Source: Scrofimicrobium sp. (GTDB lineage: Bacteria > Actinomycetota > Actinomycetes > Actinomycetales > Actinomycetaceae). Taken from it: a stretch of DNA of 39,062 nucleotides. A program made the translations under genes and the position numbers. Under the pieces are notes generated by a model, which saw nothing but the letters and a program-made list of their open reading frames with translations, ran no database searches and was not told the origin of the DNA. The first letter of the stretch is position 1, and every line of letters starts with the position of its first letter. The stretch is from NCBI GenBank assembly GCA_036745855.1, contig DAIOFF010000001.1, forward strand, positions 1 through 39,062. Direction: 5' to 3'. Of this stretch, positions 18,898-28,144 are shown in pieces.

Positions 18898-19623
18898 TCA
18901 TTGAAGGAACTGCCTGGTGGCAGTAGTCTTAGGCGACTTTGAGAGCGAGTCTAGAGTACCTGTTTCTACTATTTGCCCCTCAATCATGACGGAAATGTTG
19001 TCAGCGATTGCATCCGCTTCACTTGGATCATGCGTCACGTAGATGGCGGTGGTCCCCGCGCGGCGCAGCACGCCGTGAAGTTCGTGGGTGAGCTGAACCC
19101 GAAGGCCTCTATCCAGCGCAGACAAGGGTTCATCTAGTAGTAACACCCGCGGGTCTGGTGCCAGGGCGCGCGCCAGGGCAACCCTTTGCGATTGGCCTCC
19201 AGATAAAGATGTCACCGCCCGTGTTTGAAAGCCCGGAAGGCCCACAAGGTCCAGCATTTCATCAACCCTTTTAGCCCGACTTTTTTTAGTTTGTCCATAT
19301 ACTGTTCCGCGTAAACCGTAACTAATATTCCCGGCGACATTTCGATGGGAAAACAACTGCCCGTCTTGGAACATAAGCCCAAATCCGCGCTTGTGGGTTG
19401 GCACTGCGCTGAGGTCTTCACCGTCCCATGAAATGGTCCCATCCAAAGGTAGTTCAACGCCGGCAATAGCCCGAAGCAAAGTAGATTTCCCGCACCCTGA
19501 TGGACCTAACAAACCCATTACTTCACCAGAACTGATAGAAAAACTCACGTTGTTTACCGCAATAAACTGTCGGTGCCCTCGCCCATAAACAACGCTTAAG
19601 TTCTCTACATTTAGTCCCGCCAT
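18898..19623 (-). CDS. thiQ: Thiamine ABC transporter ATP-binding subunit
   Basis: Walker [15 protein letters not shown] signature, LLLDEP, VTHD; last gene of a TPP-riboswitch operon. Confidence 0.85.
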   Translation of the reverse strand: MAGLNVENLSVVYGRGHRQFIAVNNVSFSISSGEVMGLLGPSGCGKSTLLRAIAGVELPLDGTISWDGEDLSAVPTHKRGFGLMFQDGQLFSHRNVAGNISYGLRGTVYGQTKKSRAKRVDEMLDLVGLPGFQTRAVTSLSGGQSQRVALARALAPDPRVLLLDEPLSALDRGLRVQLTHELHGVLRRAGTTAIYVTHDPSEADAIADNISVMIEGQIVETGTLDSLSKSPKTTATRQFLQ

Positions 19624-21362
19624 TATTTCCCTGCTTTCCGAGGCCGCAACTGTTCACAAAACCCCATCACTAACCCCACAGTCAACGCCAAAACCACTGA
19701 CGCTGCCATCGCAGTTTCATAGTTACCTTCCCCAGGCCGCCCTAAAAGCCGGTAAATCAAGATTGGAAGAGTTGGATGATCTGGGCGAGCCAAGAATGAC
19801 GTGGCACCGAACTCACCCAACGAGATCGCAAAAGCGAACCCTATAGCCATTCCAATCGATCTAAAGATCATTGGACCTTCTACTGTCACCAACACACGCA
19901 TTGGGGAAGCCCCCAATGTGGCAGCAACTTGTTTTAGCCGCGGGTTGATCCCCCTCAAAATCGGCAAAGCCGTTCGTAAAACTATGGGAACCGCTACCAG
20001 CGCCTGTGCAAGTGGAATCAAAAGAGGTGAAGACCTCAAGTCAAGGGGCGGATGGTCAAGGGCAATGAGAAATCCAAGCCCCACGATTACTGCGGAAACA
20101 CCAAGTGGAACCATCACAAACCCGCCAAATCCTTGAAGCAAAAGCTGACCGGCGTTAGAACGCGGCCGTCTTGTGAGAATTATGGCCAGCAGTAATCCAA
20201 CTGCAACGGCAATAATCGTCGCGTCGATGGCAATGCGCCATGAATCAGCGGCTGCATCTAAAACATTCACTGATAACGGATTTTTACTTGGTGACAAAAG
20301 CGCCCGATAATTGTCGAAAGTCCATTCTCCCCGCCGCCTAAATGACCTAATTAACATCGTAATTATTGGCAAGAAAATAAAGAATGCAGTCGCCAAAGTT
20401 ATGAGAACACTGGCCCACAATGTGACTCCTGTCCCCCGCCCCAGACGAAGCCTTGGGGTTACCTGTTTGGCCTCAGCAAGATTGAGGGACTTTGGGCTTC
20501 CTCTTTGCAGCAAAGCGGTGGCACCTAAAACGGCTGCAACAAACACAAGCTGGATTATTGTTAGCGCAGCGGCGGCAGACAAGTCATAAACTTGCGTGGC
20601 CTGAATCCACATCTCAACTTCAATGGTTGCATACCCACTTCCGCCAAGAACTAGCACAACCGCGAACGCAGTTGAACAAAACAGAAAGACAATGGCCGCT
20701 GCGGCCCCAATCGCTGGAGCAAGCGCTGGCAGTGTCACAGTTACTGCCACCCGAGGCGGTGATGCTCCAAGTGCTGCCGCCGCCTGCTCCGCGCGCGGAT
20801 CTAGTCGTTCCCACACACTTCCAATCATGCGCACAACCAGACCGTAGTTAAAGAAAACCATCGCACAAACAATCGCTGTTAATGATTGGTCTAATCCAAA
20901 TGCGCCAAGGGGGCCTCCAGAAGAAAACAACGCCCTAAATGCGGTCCCCACAACGATTGTTGGAATAACAAAGGGCACGCCTGCTAACGTTCGCAAAAAT
21001 GCGCAGCCAGGAAATGTATGCCGGTAAAGCACATATGCACCAGGAATCGCTAATACTACCGACACACAAGTTCCAAGAAATGCTTGAAGTAACGTATTGC
21101 CTAAAGCACGTAGTGTCCGCGGTTTTGTCAAGGTCGAAAGAAAACTAGCTACGTCCAATGTTCCATCTTGCGTCAGCCCTCGCCAAACAATCGCTCCAAC
21201 AGGGTATACAAAAAGCAAACCAAGAAACAATACTGGAATAGCTAACGCCGCAGACCAAGCCAAGATATGTTTGGCTTTATTAGCCAAAGATTGACCGTCT
21301 TCTTTCGAACTAGAAAAGACAAGCCCACCAGTTTTTCTGACTATTGGATGGATTCTGTCCAC
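19623..21362 (-). CDS. thiP: Thiamine ABC transporter permease (two fused TM domains)
   Basis: Many hydrophobic helices, two EAA-like loops (EQAAAALGASP, QVAATLGASP), SLGEFGAT; exact start uncertain. Confidence 0.85.
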   Translation of the reverse strand: MDRIHPIVRKTGGLVFSSSKEDGQSLANKAKHILAWSAALAIPVLFLGLLFVYPVGAIVWRGLTQDGTLDVASFLSTLTKPRTLRALGNTLLQAFLGTCVSVVLAIPGAYVLYRHTFPGCAFLRTLAGVPFVIPTIVVGTAFRALFSSGGPLGAFGLDQSLTAIVCAMVFFNYGLVVRMIGSVWERLDPRAEQAAAALGASPPRVAVTVTLPALAPAIGAAAAIVFLFCSTAFAVVLVLGGSGYATIEVEMWIQATQVYDLSAAAALTIIQLVFVAAVLGATALLQRGSPKSLNLAEAKQVTPRLRLGRGTGVTLWASVLITLATAFFIFLPIITMLIRSFRRRGEWTFDNYRALLSPSKNPLSVNVLDAAADSWRIAIDATIIAVAVGLLLAIILTRRPRSNAGQLLLQGFGGFVMVPLGVSAVIVGLGFLIALDHPPLDLRSSPLLIPLAQALVAVPIVLRTALPILRGINPRLKQVAATLGASPMRVLVTVEGPMIFRSIGMAIGFAFAISLGEFGATSFLARPDHPTLPILIYRLLGRPGEGNYETAMAASVVLALTVGLVMGFCEQLRPRKAGK

Positions 21363-22381
21363 GTTTCAATCCATGTTTGTCGGCCCGCATCAATGTCTTC
21401 AGGTGCCATGAAGGTAGCAGAAGGTGCCAGGGGCGCAAACGCTGCCCACTCTTTTGGCAAAGGCACATCTGGATCAATTGGGTACATATACATTTGACCT
21501 GGAATATCCGCCTGAAAAGACTCAGACAAAAAGAAATCAACCAACTTCCGCGCCCCCTCCGGATTCGAAGTCCCTTTCAAAATCCCGGCATATTCCACCT
21601 GCCGAATGCACGTGTCTAACAATGCTTCAGTAGTTGGTTGTCCATCTTCTCCCAAAATGAAAGGTGGTGAGGACGCATACGAAAGTACTATTGGACGCTC
21701 TCCGTCTTCTCCGCTAGCACTGAAGTCCACGTAGTAGGCATCTGACCAACTATCAACAACCTTTATGCCATTGTTCTTGAGCGACTCCCAGTACGAAAGC
21801 CAACCATCTTCGCCCTTGGCGTCAATAGTCTTCAAAAGGAAACCCAAACCGGGCGAGGACGTCACTGGACTAGGCACGACACTCAGATTTTTATACTCGG
21901 GAAGTACCAAATCATCCAAAGTCTTTGGAACCGGAACATTGTTGGTTTCAAACCAGGACAAATCTACGTTCATGCAAATGTCAGATAAGTCGACGGGAGT
22001 GAGGGCCTCGCCAATCAAATATTGCGATGCGCTTTCTGGCAAGCCTGCGGGCGCATAGTCCTCAAAAATCCCTTCGGTAACTGCCCGCGACGCGAACGCG
22101 TCCGTCACCCCATAAGCGACATCGCCAAGGGGAGAATCTTTTGTCAAAAGCAGACGGTTCACCATTTCACCGCCACTACCAGCTGCCACCAAGTTGACCA
22201 AGATTCCGGTTTCTTTCGTGAATCGCTCTAAAACTGCGTCACTCACTGCAAACGAATCATAGGTAACAATGGTGAGAGAGTTGTCATCAACCACATCACC
22301 GCCAGCAAGACTACAACCGGCCAAACTGACTGCGGCCAGCGTCAATCCTGCGGCAACAAGTTTGTGACCATGTTTATACAT
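21341..22381 (-). CDS. thiB: Thiamine ABC transporter substrate-binding lipoprotein
   Basis: Lipobox LAGC; TYDSF, TSSPGLGFL, WSDAY, VLSYASSP, RQVEYAG, MYMYP; SD GGAGG before GTG 22384 / ATG 22381; TPP riboswitch upstream. Confidence 0.9.
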   Translation of the reverse strand: MYKHGHKLVAAGLTLAAVSLAGCSLAGGDVVDDNSLTIVTYDSFAVSDAVLERFTKETGILVNLVAAGSGGEMVNRLLLTKDSPLGDVAYGVTDAFASRAVTEGIFEDYAPAGLPESASQYLIGEALTPVDLSDICMNVDLSWFETNNVPVPKTLDDLVLPEYKNLSVVPSPVTSSPGLGFLLKTIDAKGEDGWLSYWESLKNNGIKVVDSWSDAYYVDFSASGEDGERPIVLSYASSPPFILGEDGQPTTEALLDTCIRQVEYAGILKGTSNPEGARKLVDFFLSESFQADIPGQMYMYPIDPDVPLPKEWAAFAPLAPSATFMAPEDIDAGRQTWIETWTESIQ

Positions 22382-22449
22382 CACGAATGCCTCCAAGATG
22401 CCACCGCCGGGCACCCCAGCATGCACATGCACACTGTCGAAAAGCATCC

Positions 22450-22535
22450 CGACTTCCTTCGCCGGCATTACCCGGATCAGGTTCGAAGGGTTAGCGGCGT
22501 TGCCGCATTCTCAGCACCATGGTGCTCCCCTGTCG
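22450..22535 (-). ncRNA. TPP (THI-box) riboswitch aptamer
   Basis: Minus strand reads CGAC-AGGGGAGC...GCTGAGA...ACCCTTCGAACCTGATCCGGGTAATGCCGGCGAAGGAA-GTCG, matching the conserved GCTGAGA and ACCTGAT-x-x-GGTAATGCC-x-GCG-x-AGG elements; -10 TAGTAT at 22545-22550. Confidence 0.96.
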
Positions 22536-22643
22536 TTACTTGCCATACTACGCCCCCAATATCTGCCGCATTATTAGCGTCCATATATACTAAAATACGT
22601 GTTCGCATATGTGTATAAAGATAGTCGGGCTTACGTGGTCTAA

Positions 22644-23588
22644 ATGGCTTCAAAGTTTTCCGCTTGGCATGCTCACGTACCTGGGAGGGGCATAGTCACT
22701 GTCCAGATGAGGCCGCCATCCCCGGAAGCCGAGTTCGGCGAACTCATGATGAAGAGCGATAACTTAACGCGTACGCTTGCTACTTTCCTTGCCGAAGACG
22801 ATGCCGATATTCTTGGCTGGTTCTTGACGGGTTTGGAAGTTGGAACAAAAGCATCGTTATATGGCGACAAACATTGGGAGTCGCATCCTTCTCTTTGGAT
22901 TTCATATGAAAGTTCAGTTTTTGTTATCTGGATTGATGACATGTTTGGAATGGAACACTCGCCAATGCTATTTTTTGGTGAGGAAGAATCTGGTTCTCCA
23001 ATAGCTATTTTCGAGGATGAGAAAAGTGCCGACCTTTTTGCAGCATTTTTGATTGGAGCTTTCCGAACTAAACCCATCACGGATGGACCAAAGGCTTTCG
23101 CTTTCTGGGGTTTACAGGATTTCAACGAAAATGCACCCGACGAATCCCTCATTTTGATTGGGGATACGGTCAATAAGTATTACGCATTAATGCTGGCAAG
23201 CAATGGCGTGGTAGAAAGATTGGCCGTCGTCAAAGATCGTAGCGCAGCAAACCTTCTTGCAGCCATTATCGACGGATTACTAGGAAGGAAGTCGGTTGGA
23301 CGCCTTGGCGGAGTCAGTATTGCTGAGGAGGGCACGGACAATCACGCGGGTGTGGAATGGATTGCCGCAGACGTCGATGCGGCCGGAGAAATAGCGCAAG
23401 TACATGAACGTTTATGGGCAATTGCCAGCACAGATCAACAGACTGTGGCACTTTTGCTTCCTGGCGAGCCGGGTGAACCGGTTGCCGCCGTTTTTGATTC
23501 ACCGGTAAGCGCAGATTCGTTCATTCTATTCTTTGACCAGTTATTGTCTGTCTCTTCTTCAAGCAGGGAACAACCGTATTCTCTCTAG
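22644..23588 (+). CDS. Hypothetical acidic protein with four internal ~75-aa repeats
   Basis: 314-aa ORF filling the gap between the thi promoter and tetR; a 19-aa motif recurs in register at aa 45, 120, 193 and 281; no family recognised. Confidence 0.75.
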   Translation: MASKFSAWHAHVPGRGIVTVQMRPPSPEAEFGELMMKSDNLTRTLATFLAEDDADILGWFLTGLEVGTKASLYGDKHWESHPSLWISYESSVFVIWIDDMFGMEHSPMLFFGEEESGSPIAIFEDEKSADLFAAFLIGAFRTKPITDGPKAFAFWGLQDFNENAPDESLILIGDTVNKYYALMLASNGVVERLAVVKDRSAANLLAAIIDGLLGRKSVGRLGGVSIAEEGTDNHAGVEWIAADVDAAGEIAQVHERLWAIASTDQQTVALLLPGEPGEPVAAVFDSPVSADSFILFFDQLLSVSSSSREQPYSL

Positions 23589-23628
23589 GAATAAAACGCG
23601 ATAGGACATTGCCACTATTGGTTTTGGA

Positions 23629-24285
23629 TTACGTTTGTGGAAGCGCCCCATCAACCAGTGCGCGTATAGCAAACTGCGATGCTTCCGCTAGGTTCACCGC
23701 ATCTGGACTAAGTAACCACTGTATTTGCAGTCCATCCATTACTGCCATTATTGAAGAGGCAAGGAAGTTGGCTTCTTTTTCCCCCAAGTTCTGCGATGCA
23801 CCAAGGGCCATAACATTTTCGGCAATTTCTGCTCTAAGAATGCGGTAGCGGTCGTAGAAATATTCTTTTGCAGGGGAATCTTCAGTAACTGATTCTGCTG
23901 AGAGGACCACGAATGCCTGGACGATACCTTTGCGATCCATGTTTAGAAATGCGGTCTCTATGAGATGATCAAACATTGCCCGGCCACTTGGAAGTGGCAC
24001 GGTGCGCTCTGAGCTAAGTCCCCTTGCGTCACGGAACTTCAAGGTCTCTATCAACAGATTGCGCTTTGACCCAAAATGGTGAAGCACCCCTGCCCTTGTA
24101 ATGCCACACAGTTCTGCGACTTCTGCCAACGTTGCATTTGCAAAACCTTTCGCGGCAAAAACTTGGGTGGCGGCCCGTAATATTTCTGCCCGCCGCTCTA
24201 AAGTTTCGGGTCTAGATTTTGGGTCAGCACTCAACGGCTCTTTGTGTTCACCATCTGTGTTCTGACTTGCTGCAGACTTCATCAT
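23629..24285 (-). CDS. TetR/AcrR family transcriptional regulator
   Basis: N-terminal HTH RRAEILRAATQVFAAKGFANATLAEVAELCGITRAGVLHHFGSK; C-terminal AVMDGLQIQWL; divergent from the ABC/GH3 operon. Confidence 0.93.
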   Translation of the reverse strand: MMKSAASQNTDGEHKEPLSADPKSRPETLERRAEILRAATQVFAAKGFANATLAEVAELCGITRAGVLHHFGSKRNLLIETLKFRDARGLSSERTVPLPSGRAMFDHLIETAFLNMDRKGIVQAFVVLSAESVTEDSPAKEYFYDRYRILRAEIAENVMALGASQNLGEKEANFLASSIMAVMDGLQIQWLLSPDAVNLAEASQFAIRALVDGALPQT

Positions 24286-24405
24286 ATTTACCTGACGGAC
24301 GTCGTTCTGTTTTGAACTTGTACCAAAACGCGTTTTGAAACAACCCTACAGGGTGGTTCATAACGATTCGGGGACAAAGCCAAAGATATCAACTGACGGC
24401 TGGTC

Positions 24406-24458
24406 TTGCCGTATCTATCTGGTCTATTCTATCCTAAGACTGACTGACTAGTAAGTAA
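24406..24458 (+). promoter_or_regulatory. Promoter (TTGCCG-18-TATCCT) followed by an imperfect 18-bp palindrome, candidate TetR operator
   Basis: -35 at 24406-24411, -10 at 24430-24435, TGACTGACTAGTAAGTAA at 24441-24458 (14 of 18 positions symmetric, centred on ACTAGT). Confidence 0.65.
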
Positions 24459-24572
24459 CTTGATGGGTGCCATCACGCTTACTGGAAAGTTGATCATCAA
24501 GGTAGCCCCACCGACCGGGGCCTCAGACGCAGACATGCGACTGTGATGTCAAAGAGGACGAAGGGACCAGAA

Positions 24573-26270
24573 ATGAGAAAACGGCTAGTAGCATTTGGGG
24601 CAGCAGCCCTCATTGCCGTATCGCTCACGGCATGTTCTAACAGTAATGATGACCAAAGTAGTGGAGCCGGTGATGGCAACCAGAGCGGTGAATCAACTGC
24701 CCCTGGTGGCGCAGATGGCGCTCCAATAACCATCGCGAAACCTGACGGCCCAATCGGTGTCGAAAACAATAATCCCTATATTGGGGAATCAACGTCTATA
24801 CAACTTGGCTATGCGAATGCGATTTATGAGCCAATGGCCATTCCAAACATTGTCGATCCAGCCCAAGAGCCGGTGCCTTGGCTAGCTGAAACAGTCGAAT
24901 GGAACGATGACTTCACCGAACTGACCTTGACAGCCCGCAGCGGCGTCAAATGGAATGATGGTGAAGACTTCTCAGCAGAAGACATTGAGTTCACGCTTAG
25001 TCTTTTGAAAGAGCACCCGGAACTTGATAATGCAGCGTTGGGCCTCAAATCCGTAACCGCAGATGGGGACACAGTAACGGTTACCTTTGATGACCCAATG
25101 TTTGTCAAGACAGACCGCGTTCTTCAAAAACATATCCTTCCAAAGCATGTCTGGGACAACGAAGATCCAACAACCTTCACGGCGGAAAACCCAGTTGGAA
25201 CTGGCCCGTACACTCTGTCAAGTTTCACCTCGCAATCCGTAGAACTTCAGGCCAGAAGTGACTATTGGGGTGGCGAACTTGCAGTCCCAACGCTTTATTT
25301 CATGTCTTACAACGACAATACGGCGCTAACTACTGCCCTCAATAACGGGGAAACTGACTGGGCCCAGGCTACGATTCCTAACGTCCAATCCGTTTATGTC
25401 GATAAAGACCCAGAGCACAATGTCTACTGGCCTGCATCCACGCTTGGCATCGACACTATGGTGGTAAATACAACGAAGCCTCCATTTGATGATGTGGAGT
25501 TCCGCAAAGCCATCAACATGGTAATTGACCGCGACAAACATGCAGTTATTGCACGTGAAGAGGCAGTTGATCCACTCACTAGCGTCACTGGTATCCCGAC
25601 GCCTGCCGGGGACTCATTCATTGCCTCTGACTTCAAAGATCAAAGCTACAAAGTTGATGTTGAAGGAGCAAAGAAAGTCCTAGAAGACGCCGGCTACAAA
25701 CTAGATGGTGAAGCACTTCAGTACCCGAAGGGCGGCGCAGTCACGTTTGAACTTCAAGTACCTCAGGGCTGGAATGACTACGTTACTGGTATTTCACTGA
25801 TTGCTGATTCCGTGAAGGAACTTGGCATTGAAGCAACCATTACTACGCCAGACGCAGATTCCTGGTTTGAGACAAAGTCGAACGGCGACTTTGATGCCAT
25901 TCTTCACTGGACGGACAGCGGTGCCAACCCATACTGGTTGTACTTCACTCAAGCTGGTGGGGACTACTTGAAGCCAATCGGTGAAGCCGCGGACTACAAC
26001 TTCGGTCGCTATGACAACCCAGAACTTGATAAGGCCCTTCAGACGTACAGGACGGCCGCAAGCGATGATGAGCGCACGAAGGCTTTGGATGAGGTCGAAA
26101 AGATTTTTGTCGAGGACGTACCAGCCATGCCTATTGGTAACCGGCCAAGTATTGGAATCTACAACACCCGAAACTATGTTGGCTGGCCCAGTGAGGATGA
26201 CCCTTACGCGACGGCTGATCCAACGCAGGTCTCACAGGTTTTAGTTCTGACTAAACTGCAGCCTGCTTAA
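24573..26270 (+). CDS. ABC transporter substrate-binding lipoprotein, family 5 (OppA/DppA fold), probably oligosaccharide-binding
   Basis: Lipobox LTAC; PWLAE, RSGVKWNDGEDFSAEDIEFT, PVGTGPY, FRKAINMVIDR, GWNDY; operonic with a GH3 enzyme. Confidence 0.9.
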   Translation: MRKRLVAFGAAALIAVSLTACSNSNDDQSSGAGDGNQSGESTAPGGADGAPITIAKPDGPIGVENNNPYIGESTSIQLGYANAIYEPMAIPNIVDPAQEPVPWLAETVEWNDDFTELTLTARSGVKWNDGEDFSAEDIEFTLSLLKEHPELDNAALGLKSVTADGDTVTVTFDDPMFVKTDRVLQKHILPKHVWDNEDPTTFTAENPVGTGPYTLSSFTSQSVELQARSDYWGGELAVPTLYFMSYNDNTALTTALNNGETDWAQATIPNVQSVYVDKDPEHNVYWPASTLGIDTMVVNTTKPPFDDVEFRKAINMVIDRDKHAVIAREEAVDPLTSVTGIPTPAGDSFIASDFKDQSYKVDVEGAKKVLEDAGYKLDGEALQYPKGGAVTFELQVPQGWNDYVTGISLIADSVKELGIEATITTPDADSWFETKSNGDFDAILHWTDSGANPYWLYFTQAGGDYLKPIGEAADYNFGRYDNPELDKALQTYRTAASDDERTKALDEVEKIFVEDVPAMPIGNRPSIGIYNTRNYVGWPSEDDPYATADPTQVSQVLVLTKLQPA

Positions 26271-26279
26271 CCCAAGTTG

Positions 26280-26312
26280 TTGGGGGGCCAGACCTTTTTG
26301 GCTGGCCCCCAA
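26280..26312 (+). terminator. GC-rich hairpin after the binding-protein gene (terminator or mRNA stabiliser)
   Basis: GGGGGCCAG (26283-26291) pairs with CTGGCCCCC (26302-26310); no U-tract follows. Confidence 0.65.
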
Positions 26313-26428
26313 GAACCTGGCGTTAAGACCTGGTACTAGACCCTGGTTATTGGAACCTACTTATTTGAGCCTGGTATTGGAACCTGCTATTAGAACCCGC
26401 TGCTAGAACCGCTACTGGAACCACTACT
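26312..26428. repeat. Degenerate tandem array, nine units of 12-14 bp, consensus near RGAACCTGSTAYT
   Basis: Units: AGAACCTGGCGTT / AAGACCTGGTACT / AGACCCTGGTTATT / GGAACCTACTTATT / TGAGCCTGGTATT / GGAACCTGCTATT / AGAACCCGCTGCT / AGAACCGCTACT / GGAACCACTACT. Confidence 0.8.
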
Positions 26429-26480
26429 TGGGGGTCAGTTCTTGACCTGGCAGCTGCTCTCAAAATCAATGGAAAGAAGA

Positions 26481-27320
26481 ATGAACGATTCCACGTTGCT
26501 TGAAGTGAAAGACTTCAGCGTCACATATGATGTGGACCCGCCTGTTGAGGCCGTCAAGGGGGTGTCTTTCACTCTTGATCGCGGCGAAATCCTGGGGTTA
26601 GCAGGCGAATCTGGGTGTGGAAAATCCACGCTTGCTTATGGTATTCAGCGTTTACTGAAGCCCCCTGCCATCATTGCGGGTGGCAGCGTGTACTTCCACG
26701 ATTCTGACGGAACCACAGAAAATGTCGCGGATCTTTCTTTTTCGCAAATGCAGCATTTCCGTTGGAACAAAGTCTCTATGGTTTTCCAGGGTGCGATGAA
26801 TGCTTTAAACCCAGTCTTGGATATTGGCGTTCAGCTGGGTGATGTTTTTAGTACTCACAGGCCGCAGCTTAGCCGGGCTGAGCGAAAGAAAGAGTGCATT
26901 GAACTTCTTGAGTTAGTTGGGGTGGGTGCGGATCGTTACAAGTCCTATCCGCATGAGCTTTCAGGGGGTATGCGCCAGCGCGTGATGATTGCGATGGCTC
27001 TAGCTTTGAAACCGAGCTTGATGATTATGGATGAGCCCACAACTGCCCTTGATGTTCTTGTACAACGCGAAATCCTCATGGAGATTTCAAGACTTCAAAA
27101 GCAGTTTGGATTCTCCGTAATTTTCATTACTCATGATCTTCCATTGCTTCTTGAAATCTCAGACCGGATTGCAGTGATGAAGGACGGTGTCATTGTTGAG
27201 CTGAATGCGGCTTCAGAAATATATGTGAATCCGAAGGATGAATACACGAAGAAGCTATTGAGTTCTTTCCCCAGTCTGACTGGGTCGCGTGGTGATTTTG
27301 TCAGGGGAGATACAAAATGA
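26481..27320 (+). CDS. ABC transporter ATP-binding protein, OppD/DppD-like
   Basis: [43 protein letters not shown] 26481 after GAAAGAAG. Confidence 0.92.
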   Translation: MNDSTLLEVKDFSVTYDVDPPVEAVKGVSFTLDRGEILGLAGESGCGKSTLAYGIQRLLKPPAIIAGGSVYFHDSDGTTENVADLSFSQMQHFRWNKVSMVFQGAMNALNPVLDIGVQLGDVFSTHRPQLSRAERKKECIELLELVGVGADRYKSYPHELSGGMRQRVMIAMALALKPSLMIMDEPTTALDVLVQREILMEISRLQKQFGFSVIFITHDLPLLLEISDRIAVMKDGVIVELNAASEIYVNPKDEYTKKLLSSFPSLTGSRGDFVRGDTK

Positions 27321-28144
27321 CAACGCTAGATTTAAAGGATATTACTAAGATATATAAGGTACGTGGCTCTGGGAAACTGGCAGCATTGGATAAGGTTAGT
27401 TTCACCTTGCAGTCAGGACAATCTATTGCTTTAGTAGGTCAGTCGGGTTCGGGAAAGTCCACCTTGGCAAAAATCATTACCAGACTGGAATATCCAACTT
27501 CTGGGGAAATGCTTCTAGATGACAAGGAAATAGCAAGGCATGGACGCAAACTAACTAGCTATCGTCAAACGGTACGAATGGTTTTCCAGGACCCCTTTGC
27601 GTCTCTAAATCCTTACCACACAATCAAGTACCACATTGAGCGTCCCCTTCGAATAGATAAGGTAGTTCCCAGGAATGAGACCGATGATGAAGTAGTTCGG
27701 TTGCTTGAGCGCGTACAGCTTGATCCTGCGCTGGCTAATAGGCGCCCTCATGAGCTATCTGGTGGCCAGCGGCAAAGGGTTGCTATTGCCAGGGCGCTTG
27801 CTTCACGGCCAAAACTTCTTATTGCTGACGAACCTGTGTCAATGCTTGATGTTTCTCTTCGTCTGGGCGTACTCAACCTGCTTGCGTCCTTGCAGAGAAG
27901 GGAAAACTTGGGCATTCTTTACATCACTCATGACCTGGCCACGGCCCGCCATTTTAGCGACGAAATAATGGTTCTCAACCATGGTGTGGTTGTGGAAAGA
28001 GGCCCATCAGATGAGGTCATATTGAATCCGCAAGATGAGTACACTAAACGCCTTCTAAGCGCCTCACCGAACCCGGAAAGGCACTTTTCGGATTTAGTTC
28101 AGGCAGCCAAAGAAAAGGGTATGAAGGAGGCGGAAAACCAATGA
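27317..28144 (+). CDS. ABC transporter ATP-binding protein, OppF/DppF-like
   Basis: GQSGSGKST, FQDPFASLNP, PHELSGGQRQR, ADEPVSMLD; ATGA overlap. Confidence 0.92.
   Translation: MTTLDLKDITKIYKVRGSGKLAALDKVSFTLQSGQSIALVGQSGSGKSTLAKIITRLEYPTSGEMLLDDKEIARHGRKLTSYRQTVRMVFQDPFASLNPYHTIKYHIERPLRIDKVVPRNETDDEVVRLLERVQLDPALANRRPHELSGGQRQRVAIARALASRPKLLIADEPVSMLDVSLRLGVLNLLASLQRRENLGILYITHDLATARHFSDEIMVLNHGVVVERGPSDEVILNPQDEYTKRLLSASPNPERHFSDLVQAAKEKGMKEAENQ

Noticed and set aside
22382..22468. N-terminal extension of thiB as a possible leader peptide
   Set aside because: The region is the riboswitch 3' end and expression platform; the lipoprotein signal and SD point to a start at 22381 or 22384.
26312..26428. 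CRISPR interpretation of the intergenic repeat array
   Set aside because: Units are only 12-14 bp, contiguous and degenerate, with no unique spacers and no cas genes in the window.
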